A stretch of 28,726 bases of DNA from the IMG/VR virus record IMGVR_UViG_3300005077_000936, positions 1 to 28,726 of that record. One strand, 5' to 3'. Origin of the DNA: a virus. The translations under genes were made by a program, and so were the position numbers. Within the stretch, counting starts at the first letter, position 1; each line of letters begins with the position of its first letter. The notes below the pieces were generated by a model. It was not told where the DNA came from. It worked only from the letters and a program-made list of their open reading frames with translations, and searched no databases. This document shows positions 19,207 through 26,093 of this stretch, piece by piece.

Positions 19207-19630
19207 TGACTGTGTATCGTTTATGTTCATTTTTTGAAAGTTCAATACTGCGAATGATTAAATTATCATCTTCCCTATAATATACTTCCCACCTTACTCC
19301 TGAGTATGTCATAGGATGACCATTAAGAAATCTTTCCCAATCCTGCTTTGACAGCATAGGTGGATAACAGGGTTTTTCACATGCTTTATCTGCCATCTGC
19401 AATGCAACAGTTTTGCAACCACATAATTTACAAGACCCGTTCTCATAACATTCACTATCCATTACTGCAACACGGAATGCAATCTGCTGACGAATATACC
19501 ATCTGACAAGAAAAGACAAAAAGGGAAATACCACAAGCACAAAGTACCTGTACTCTCCAAGAAGAAACTGATAATAGTCACTCTTGGAATAATCTCCATT
19601 GAATGCTTTTTTAAAGTGTATCTTCTTCAT
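19181..19630 (-). CDS. Cys-rich putative zinc-binding protein
   Basis: Start likely ATG 19630; ECYENGSCKLCGC...KACEKPCYPPM. Confidence 0.65.
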   Translation of the reverse strand: MKKIHFKKAFNGDYSKSDYYQFLLGEYRYFVLVVFPFLSFLVRWYIRQQIAFRVAVMDSECYENGSCKLCGCKTVALQMADKACEKPCYPPMLSKQDWERFLNGHPMTYSGVRWEVYYREDDNLIIRSIELSKNEHKRYTVNVYKMDRG

Positions 19631-19958
19631 CCTGAGGAATATTAACAAAGTTATTAACAGCTTGCTCAACAGCATCAAGATATTCTTTTTCTATTCTGTG
19701 ATTCGCAAAAAGAACCCTCATCTTATTAAGATATCCTATTGCCCTGCTTCTTGGCACATGGAAAATACCTAAATACTTAAACCTTACAGATCTAAGTGTA
19801 AACTTCTCCATTTCCCTGTGCAGCATAATAAACTGGTAGCGAATAATAGTATTCACATCCTGATCTGTGAGTGCAGGGAACAGGGAAGAAAAGTTATTGT
19901 GGAGATATTCAATATACTCCTTACTTAATTTTTCAGTGTCATAGGTAAACTTTCTCAT
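19611..19958 (-). CDS. HU/IHF-like DNA-binding protein
   Basis: 115 aa; helix-helix then SVRFKYLGIFHV beta hairpin typical of the HU/IHF fold. Confidence 0.55.
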   Translation of the reverse strand: MRKFTYDTEKLSKEYIEYLHNNFSSLFPALTDQDVNTIIRYQFIMLHREMEKFTLRSVRFKYLGIFHVPRSRAIGYLNKMRVLFANHRIEKEYLDAVEQAVNNFVNIPQDEEDTL

Positions 19959-20305
19959 TGCTTATTTATCAACTTTATCATATATTGCTGTTCTGTTGTT
20001 TCAGGATGGAGCAAAGGAAGAATAGTAAGAATGCCATTCTTCTCAAGAAGGAACTTCTTATCCAAAAGACTACGCATATAATTTGACAAACTCTGATGGG
20101 TAAGTGAAAGATTATCCCTTATGATCTTCCTTCCTGTAGAAGAAAACCTGTCATTGGCAAGTTCTCCTGAGAAGCTCATAAAGTAAGCAAGTATCTTTAT
20201 TTCCATGTTTGTCATCCTGACAGGTAAGAGGCAGTTGATAATAGAAAGATGAGTAATGTAGTAGTTTATTTTATCAAGAGAGAGTGTTTTTGCTATGGTC
20301 TTCAT
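19955..20305 (-). CDS. Winged helix-turn-helix DNA-binding protein
   Basis: 116 aa; TNMEIKIL...RKIIRDNLSLTHQSLSNYMRSLLDKKFL; first gene of the leftward operon. Confidence 0.65.
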   Translation of the reverse strand: MKTIAKTLSLDKINYYITHLSIINCLLPVRMTNMEIKILAYFMSFSGELANDRFSSTGRKIIRDNLSLTHQSLSNYMRSLLDKKFLLEKNGILTILPLLHPETTEQQYMIKLINKQ

Positions 20306-20323
20306 ACTACATTTTTATCTGTA

Positions 20324-20331
20324 CAAAGTTA
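20324..20331 (-). promoter_or_regulatory. Bacteroidota -7 element (TAACTTTG) driving the leftward operon
   Basis: TAnnTTTG 19 nt upstream of ATG 20305, with TTG ~22 nt further upstream. Confidence 0.65.
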
Positions 20332-20348
20332 AACACAAATCATCATAA

Positions 20349-20378
20349 TATCCCAACTATCCCAAAAAAATATCCCAA
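20349..20378. repeat. Three direct TATCCCAA repeats
   Basis: Exact copies at 20349, 20358 and 20371. Confidence 0.8.
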
Positions 20379-20584
20379 GTGAAAAAAATTAAAAATTAAG
20401 TGTTTCACCTATTGCTTTGTATTGTGAAAAGAATTAGCTTTGTGCACCCTAACAGGGCAACTTTTTTTTTATAAAGTAATATATAACCCCATAGAGAAAA
20501 AAAAAGTTTGGAGGTGCAGGAACCTTGTGAGGTTTCTGATAGTGCAAGGAACTAATGCAATCTTAAACATCAAATTGAAACATC

Positions 20585-20740
20585 ATGGAAATATGTTATG
20601 TTATAAGAGCAAAGTTAATGAATAGAACAAGATGGTTCTCAGTATTAGCAGATAATGATCAAGAAGCAATTAAAAAGTTTAATATAGCTTATCCCACCAT
20701 AGAAGTGATATATATAAGACAGTCACGATTATTAAGATAG
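20585..20740 (+). CDS. Small hypothetical protein (51 aa)
   Basis: Below the track cut-off: MEICYVIRAKLMNRTRWFSVLADNDQEAIKKFNIAYPTIEVIYIRQSRLLR; followed by a terminator. Confidence 0.6.
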   Translation: MEICYVIRAKLMNRTRWFSVLADNDQEAIKKFNIAYPTIEVIYIRQSRLLR

Positions 20741-20761
20741 CAAAGAAACAAGAAAGTATAT

Positions 20762-20787
20762 AGAGCCAGAGATGGCTCTTTTTTTTT
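20762..20787 (+). terminator. Intrinsic terminator
   Basis: AGAGCCA-GAGA-TGGCTCT followed by a T run. Confidence 0.8.
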
Positions 20788-21027
20788 GTAAAAAATTTTC
20801 TGGGTGATATTTCTAAAAATTTTATGAGAAATGCAGGTGGGTGATGGTAGTTGATTGATGACCCCAACATATTCTTGAGCAAGAGATGCCCCCCGGCATT
20901 GATTGGGGAAATCAAATGCTTTTTGGAGGGGACTTTTGTCCCATGACCCAAACTAATCATTGAGCCAATGGATACTGCTGGCTTGATGTGCAGTATCACT
21001 ATTCTATGCCATTCTAATCCCTAAATC

Positions 21028-21381
21028 ATGGCTAAGAAACAGTTCACAGTGGTTAGTGCTCAGGTCAATGAGCATGGCTACTTATTCAAACTGCAATGGA
21101 AGGTAGAATACCAAGCCCAGCTTGGTACACTACCAGCTCAAAGCAGGAAACAACAAGAGACCTACTTCTATGGCACATCAGCTACTCCAATTGAGAGATT
21201 GGAAGATGAGTCATTAGAGGCAGCTCTCATCAGGTTGTATGTTGGTAAGACAATGGAGTTTGACTTTGATAGTCCAGAGTCAAGCTTTGAAGTCTATCTC
21301 AAGGACTATGATCCAGAGGGTACTGGTGCATTCCAGACTAAGTGGATCAGAACCAAGAGAATAGGCAGACTTGCCAAGTAA
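21028..21381 (+). CDS. Hypothetical protein
   Basis: 117-aa ORF, A-rich leader, protein-like composition. Confidence 0.7.
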   Translation: MAKKQFTVVSAQVNEHGYLFKLQWKVEYQAQLGTLPAQSRKQQETYFYGTSATPIERLEDESLEAALIRLYVGKTMEFDFDSPESSFEVYLKDYDPEGTGAFQTKWIRTKRIGRLAK

Positions 21382-21522
21382 TTCTCAACAAACCCTGAGC
21401 TGTGAGGGTATCAAGGGCAGCACAATAGCTTAGTGAAAGCTGCCCTTTCCATTATGTTCCTTGGCTTGGATAATAGCCTAAATACAAGAGGTGCATGGTA
21501 GCTCAAACCTAAATCTTATCTG

Positions 21523-21918
21523 ATGAGAAAGAAAATTAACAGACACCACTTGGTGGCTGCTGAGAATCTGTTTCCCGGATTTGGTGGGTATAACACTGAT
21601 TTCTATGTTGATGACATGGGAGTAAGGATGACTATCTGTCTTCCTGTACCTATGCATTGTGTAGAAATTGTTGTGATACTTATGCCAATGGGGTATCAGA
21701 TTACACCACGCAGAACACCAAAAGCTAAAGCTGGAATTATCTCCATGCTTGCTACTACTATTGTGATCCCTTGGCAACAGGGGATGTCTACTAAACTCTT
21801 AATTGAGTATAATAAAACATTTGCAGAAATGAGGGCTATTGTAATCAAAGCACAAGCCAAATACTGGCAAAGTAGGGCTGATGCTTGCAAACCTTATGTG
21901 TACTATGAAGAAATATGA
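21523..21918 (+). CDS. Hypothetical protein
   Basis: 131-aa ORF overlapping the next gene. Confidence 0.65.
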   Translation: MRKKINRHHLVAAENLFPGFGGYNTDFYVDDMGVRMTICLPVPMHCVEIVVILMPMGYQITPRRTPKAKAGIISMLATTIVIPWQQGMSTKLLIEYNKTFAEMRAIVIKAQAKYWQSRADACKPYVYYEEI

Positions 21919-22105
21919 CAATGATGGTATAGTATGGGCATCATTCTGTATCATTATAGGTGTTCTATTCATCTTGGCAGGGATCAATGCTTGGGATATT
22001 ACCCATAATATTGAAAATCTTGTCTTTGCTGGGATTATGTCCTTCTTCTTCCTACTTATGGGTTCATTCATAATCATTGTCTTAATCAAAGATATGAAGT
22101 CATGA
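21905..22105 (+). CDS. Small two-TM membrane protein
   Basis: Start likely ATG 21905 (MKKYDND); two hydrophobic segments; ATGA coupling to the next ORF. Confidence 0.65.
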   Translation: MKKYDNDGIVWASFCIIIGVLFILAGINAWDITHNIENLVFAGIMSFFFLLMGSFIIIVLIKDMKS

Positions 22106-22275
22106 GTACCTATGCTGACCTTAGGAGTGAGTTCTTAGCAGGGCTCACTCCTGCTCAGGTTGATATGTTTAATCAACTTGAAAACTGGTTTACACCACAG
22201 GATGAAGACTGTGATGAAGATCCCTATTTTCCTAATGGATGTGATGATACTGAATATTTAAGAGACGCACTATAA
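22102..22275 (+). CDS. Small acidic protein (57 aa)
   Basis: Below the track cut-off: MSTYADLRSEFLAGLTPAQVDMFNQLENWFTPQDEDCDEDPYFPNGCDDTEYLRDAL; coupled on both sides (ATGA, TAATG). Confidence 0.7.
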   Translation: MSTYADLRSEFLAGLTPAQVDMFNQLENWFTPQDEDCDEDPYFPNGCDDTEYLRDAL

Positions 22276-22502
22276 TGGATGCTATGCTATTTATGATGCT
22301 GCATGTTAGAGTAACCATTGCAGATATCGGAGTAATCAAGTACTCCATCATTGAGGATCCATGGAGGTATAATAACTTCTGTGGAGCAGAGAAAGATAAA
22401 GATGGAAGTACTAAGTTTAACTTCGTTGATGAATCAGTTCTTGTACTAACAGGAACTGGTGCTTATGTTGGTGTGAAATCAAATGCAGCAATTCAAAACT
22501 AA
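22275..22502 (+). CDS. Hypothetical protein
   Basis: 75-aa ORF with TAATG coupling. Confidence 0.65.
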   Translation: MDAMLFMMLHVRVTIADIGVIKYSIIEDPWRYNNFCGAEKDKDGSTKFNFVDESVLVLTGTGAYVGVKSNAAIQN

Positions 22503-22514
22503 ATACTCGATGCT

Positions 22515-22697
22515 ATGTATATAGCTATTCTAACCACAGGCAAGATTCTCAACATTGATACTTGGGAACAAGCCAAAGCATTAAGACACTCAATTAAATT
22601 GTTACTCACCATTGAGAACAATAAGTGTCATTCAGTAAGAGTTTATGATTCCAGTATGGATGAATTAACTCATGCTGAGGATGAGTATCTTGTGTAG
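22515..22697 (+). CDS. Hypothetical protein
   Basis: 60-aa ORF followed by a terminator. Confidence 0.6.
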   Translation: MYIAILTTGKILNIDTWEQAKALRHSIKLLLTIENNKCHSVRVYDSSMDELTHAEDEYLV

Positions 22698-22702
22698 TAA
22701 CC

Positions 22703-22727
22703 AAGGGGCTTCGTGCCCCTTTTTTTT
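22703..22727 (+). terminator. Intrinsic terminator
   Basis: AAGGGGC-TTCGT-GCCCCTT plus T run; a second weaker hairpin with T run follows (22730-22750). Confidence 0.85.
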
Positions 22728-22768
22728 AAAGGCTTTTTTGCCTCTTTTTTATTTTAATGCTGATCAAC

Positions 22769-23077
22769 TTACTTAGTCCCTGACCCTAACCAAGCTTTGA
22801 CATACTGAGCTTAGTGATATTTCCTCACTAAGTTCCTTATTTTTTAAGCCTTTTTACTTCTAACTATTGACCTTTGGCATTTGGGTTTTTTAGTGGTTAC
22901 TTTATCCCTGACCCTAACTAATCTTTGATGCCAGAAAGCATTAGTGCTTTGTGGTAACAGGAAGAAAAGATGTGTTGGGGAAAAGTGTTGTTATATATAA
23001 TAAGGTATAGTCCCTTAAGGATTATACTGTAAAGGTATTTCTAACTTACTTTATCCCTGACCCTCACTTATTCTTGC
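22769..23077. repeat. Three ~32-nt direct repeats, consensus TTACTTtaTCCCTGACCCTaACtaatcTTTGa
   Basis: Copies at 22769-22800, 22897-22928 and 23046-23077, with an invariant TCCCTGACCCT core. Confidence 0.85.
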
Positions 23078-23111
23078 CTGCTCACGCAGTTTGATTTAGG
23101 GATTAGAATAT

Positions 23112-23243
23112 GGAAATACCAATTAGCTGGGAAATACAGCTGATTATTTGACAAATAAGGCTTCGCACTTGAAGTTTTACTTCAAATAATCGCTGTAAGT
23201 ACTTGCTGCACAGCACCAAGTGCCTATTCTGACTGGTATTTCC
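23112..23243 (+). ncRNA. Candidate multibranch structured RNA
   Basis: Closing stem GGAAATACCA/TGGTATTTCC enclosing ATTAGCTG/CAGCTGAT, TTGAAGT/ACTTCAA and GTACTTG/CAAGTGC hairpins; G-U pairs favour the plus strand. Confidence 0.5.
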
Positions 23244-23350
23244 TTTTCTTGATTTTCCAAAGATTAACATATTACGGTTTTCAAGACAGTTAGCTACAAA
23301 TACAGCTACTAAATCAACTATAATTAATTAACAACCAAAACAACTACAGC

Positions 23351-24025
23351 ATGAACAATGCCTTAAGCCAAAGGACACAGGCTTCAAAGATTGTCGTTGA
23401 GGAAATTCGTATCAGTGAATTCCAGAAGGAAGACACTGCTACAGCAGTACTCCGACAAATTGTGACCACATTCTCCAAGTATCAGGGAAAGAGGCAGAAT
23501 AACTCTTTCACTGACGCTATCTTTGCCAATGAAGAGTTTGGTGAAGAATTTCTCGAAAAAGAATACGAATCTGTTGAAAACAGAGTCGCATTCGTAAATG
23601 TTCCCCTCAATGCCACTGTAGAACAAGTGCAGAAGGCTATTGATGCAATACCCCGTGCAAGAATCTACAGAATTCTTGATAACCACCCCATCCTCAGTGA
23701 TGCTCAACTGTACTCTATCCGCATAGGACAGAGAACCAAAGACCAGTATGCTCTCAAGCAGGTTGCCAGATACGGAAAAGATACCAAAGACAAGATGGGA
23801 AATGACATCTCAGGTCAATTGGTAAAAGACTCCAACAGCAAGCTACAATACCGTGGCACATACTTCTCCAAGACAGGGAAGGCAGACATTGACAAAAGGA
23901 CTGTTGACCCTGAAGACCAGTACATCCCCGCAGAATTGGTCAATGAGCTCACTGACACAGTAGTGGAAGAAACTCTTGACCTCAGCATCACATCGGCAGT
24001 GGAATCCACAGGACAACAGGCATAG
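23351..24025 (+). CDS. Hypothetical protein with acidic C-terminal tail
   Basis: 224-aa ORF with A-rich leader; many C-ending codons, suggesting high expression. Confidence 0.8.
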   Translation: MNNALSQRTQASKIVVEEIRISEFQKEDTATAVLRQIVTTFSKYQGKRQNNSFTDAIFANEEFGEEFLEKEYESVENRVAFVNVPLNATVEQVQKAIDAIPRARIYRILDNHPILSDAQLYSIRIGQRTKDQYALKQVARYGKDTKDKMGNDISGQLVKDSNSKLQYRGTYFSKTGKADIDKRTVDPEDQYIPAELVNELTDTVVEETLDLSITSAVESTGQQA

Positions 24026-24038
24026 TGCCCTCTCCCTT

Positions 24039-24132
24039 ACCAAGTATGTAAAGTGAGTGAAACTCCAACTACAGGCTCAATCACAATTCAGTGATTGCGT
24101 TATGGAAAGGATTAATACATGCTCTACTTGGT
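24039..24132 (+). ncRNA. Candidate multibranch structured RNA in the 3' region of 23351-24025
   Basis: ACCAAGTA/TACTTGGT and ATGTA/TACAT closing stems; inner GAGT-GAA-ACTC and CAATCAC/GTGATTG hairpins. Confidence 0.45.
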
Positions 24133-24140
24133 GAAAAGAT

Positions 24141-24181
24141 ATGTGGGTGTTGTAGCAATACAGCACTCACATTCTTTTTTT
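24141..24181 (+). terminator. Intrinsic terminator
   Basis: 14-bp stem ATGTGGGTGTTGTA-GCAA-TACAGCACTCACAT plus T run. Confidence 0.85.
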
Positions 24182-24245
24182 GGGGAAATCCTCACGATTA
24201 AGAACTTTCAGTTTTTTTCTAACTCTTCAATAAAACAGACACCAA

Positions 24246-24530
24246 ATGAAGAAACACATCCCTGCACTCTCAGATGAAGATATTGCATTTTTAACTCAAA
24301 TGGAATCAGAACACTTTGAAATAGGTGAAAATGAATCCATTGAAGATGCAATAAAAAGATTCCAGTCATCTAAACCACCAAAGATGACTGGAATTTCTCA
24401 AACTTCAGAACCTGAACCACCAGCCCTTAATTGGGAAATCAACATAAAGTCCAATTATTTTTTAACACCCAAAAACCCATGTGTGGAATTCGTAACAGGG
24501 TACAGGTTGTACACAATGCAACAGTACTAA
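24246..24530 (+). CDS. Hypothetical protein
   Basis: 94-aa ORF preceded by the AAAACAGACACC leader. Confidence 0.65.
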   Translation: MKKHIPALSDEDIAFLTQMESEHFEIGENESIEDAIKRFQSSKPPKMTGISQTSEPEPPALNWEINIKSNYFLTPKNPCVEFVTGYRLYTMQQY

Positions 24531-24598
24531 GGACAATTCCCCAAACCAGCTCTTCACCAACAGAAGTTTATGAAGTACAGCCAGCAGGGGAAGAAACA

Positions 24599-24763
24599 AT
24601 GCACATCCTCAGACTAAAGGCAACAAAGCGTATTATATACAAAGGGCATTCCCGTGATGAATGTATTGCTATGGCAAAATCACATTTCTCGGCAGTAATC
24701 CCTTCTATTGAATATGCTGAAGTTTGCTTCGAAAACAGCTCAGCTCCAGCCTTAGTGGATTAA
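24599..24763 (+). CDS. Small hypothetical protein (54 aa)
   Basis: Likely start MHILRLKATKRIIYKG within track ORF 24431-24763; the longer start overlaps the previous gene by 100 nt. Confidence 0.5.
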   Translation: MHILRLKATKRIIYKGHSRDECIAMAKSHFSAVIPSIEYAEVCFENSSAPALVD

Positions 24764-24803
24764 TTTCCATACATACCCGAAGTGGATGATGAAGGAGCAC
24801 TAT

Positions 24804-24845
24804 GCAGGGAATTAGGATTTACTTTCTGATTCCCTGCTATTTTAC
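24804..24845 (+). terminator. Hairpin/terminator
   Basis: GCAGGGAATTAGG/TCTGATTCCCTGC stem followed by TATTTT. Confidence 0.65.
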
Positions 24846-24939
24846 TTGTATAACTATTTTTTTTACCTTGCAGGCTTTGAGATTTTTTTTAATGACCATT
24901 TTAATTCACTCAATACAAATCACTTAAAAACAGACACCA

Positions 24940-25395
24940 ATGAAAGTAGAAGAATTCACAGTCCTTTGTTCTATGTTCTCTGCAAGACTTGTAAGGGAAA
25001 TCATGAAAAATTTCGTTGAACAAGTAAAGCAGGGAAAAGAAGTCACTAATTCGGTAATGGCATCAATAATTGCTAATGCCATGAAGAATTACAGTAATAA
25101 CGTTGCTACATCAGGAGCATTAATACAATTTGGAACTCCCATCAAAATGATTGAACTTTTACTCATGTCAGGTGGGGATCTTAGTGGCTTAGTTCCTGAG
25201 TCTCTCAAAGGAGAAGAAGAAAACAAAGCAGGAGCAGAAATGGTATACAAATCAATGATGAAAATAGCAGGAGAAGGAAAAAATCCTGATGATTCTGATC
25301 CAGTCCCTGAAAACTCCTGTGATGACTGCCCTGTGCAGGAGAAATGCCCTTTTGATAATCGGAAACTCAAAGATGCAACAAAAAACTGTAATTAG
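24940..25395 (+). CDS. Hypothetical protein with C-terminal CxxCP-x4-CP motif
   Basis: 151 aa; SCDDCPVQEKCPF; AAAACAGACACC leader. Confidence 0.75.
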   Translation: MKVEEFTVLCSMFSARLVREIMKNFVEQVKQGKEVTNSVMASIIANAMKNYSNNVATSGALIQFGTPIKMIELLLMSGGDLSGLVPESLKGEEENKAGAEMVYKSMMKIAGEGKNPDDSDPVPENSCDDCPVQEKCPFDNRKLKDATKNCN

Positions 25396-25450
25396 TAACC
25401 GACATTAAAAACAATTCATTATTTTTGCCAACCCTTTTAATAACACTTTT

Positions 25451-25945
25451 ATGACAAAGATCAATTTCACACAGGAGCATCAGTGGAGACTCAGAGAGCT
25501 TGCCATGATACTCCTTTTTGATGCCATCAAAATTAAGGGATTGATGGGAACAGAGCTGAATGTATATCAGCTTCTCAATGAAACCAGTATTAATTCCCTT
25601 CAGAACTTGCTTGCCTCCCTCAAGAAAGAGATTTCCAAAATCTCTGAACTTGATATGTGGAGCCTCACCGAATATCAGCAGAATAAGCTGAAAGATCTCC
25701 AGAAGCAGTATGAGTTCATTAACCTCTGTATTGGCTACAAGAAGTATCTTGCTGAGAAGGAAGCCAATAATGAGCAGGTTAAACAGCTCAAAGCTACCCT
25801 CAAGGAATTGCAGGAATCTACCAAGACACCACAGCAGAGAATTGATGAGCTTACTGCCCAAATCAATGCTCTCACAGATGAGACAGCATCTGTTTCTCCT
25901 GTTCCTGTGCCACCTGCACCACCTTCAACAGAACCTGCCAAATAA
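25451..25945 (+). CDS. Coiled-coil hypothetical protein
   Basis: 164 aa, heptad pattern, Pro-rich tail. Confidence 0.8.
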   Translation: MTKINFTQEHQWRLRELAMILLFDAIKIKGLMGTELNVYQLLNETSINSLQNLLASLKKEISKISELDMWSLTEYQQNKLKDLQKQYEFINLCIGYKKYLAEKEANNEQVKQLKATLKELQESTKTPQQRIDELTAQINALTDETASVSPVPVPPAPPSTEPAK

Positions 25946-25982
25946 TATTGGAAGAGAGAAGGACACTTACAAGACATACTCT

Positions 25983-26059
25983 ATACATTTACCTCAGTTG
26001 GTTAGAGGATGAGCCTTCAGAGCCCAGTGTCCCCAGTTCAATTCTGGGAATGTAGTCCA
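25983..26059 (+). tRNA. tRNA with UCA anticodon (opal suppressor-type; amino acid identity unknown)
   Basis: Acceptor ATACATT/AATGTAG (1:72 mismatch), D arm CCTC-AGTTGGTTA-GAGG, anticodon arm TGAGC-CT[TCA]GA-GCCCA (one mismatch), 5-nt variable loop, T arm CCCAG-TTCAATT-CTGGG, discriminator T, encoded CCA. Confidence 0.8.
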
Positions 26060-26093
26060 AAGTGTCCTTCTCTTTTCATAATCTTTTAAGACT

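Noticed and set aside
21538-21552. Fifth AACAGACACC leader before an in-frame TTG
   Set aside because: Lies five codons inside an ORF with a good ATG; may be chance, so it was not counted.
22778-23064. G-quadruplex or telomere-like repeat (TTAGGGTCAGGG on the minus strand)
   Set aside because: Only two G3 tracts per copy, and copies are >120 nt apart.
22769-23077. CRISPR array
   Set aside because: Only three degenerate, non-palindromic repeats, spacers of 96 and 117 nt, and no cas genes in the window.
24764-24829. In-frame continuation after TAA (FPYIPEVDDEGALCRELGFTF), suggesting ochre readthrough
   Set aside because: Only 21 codons, overlapping a terminator hairpin; compatible with chance, and no canonical UUA tRNA was found.
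25983-26059. tRNA-Sec
   Set aside because: 5-nt variable loop and 7-bp acceptor stem; lacks the long arm and 8-bp acceptor of bacterial tRNA-Sec.
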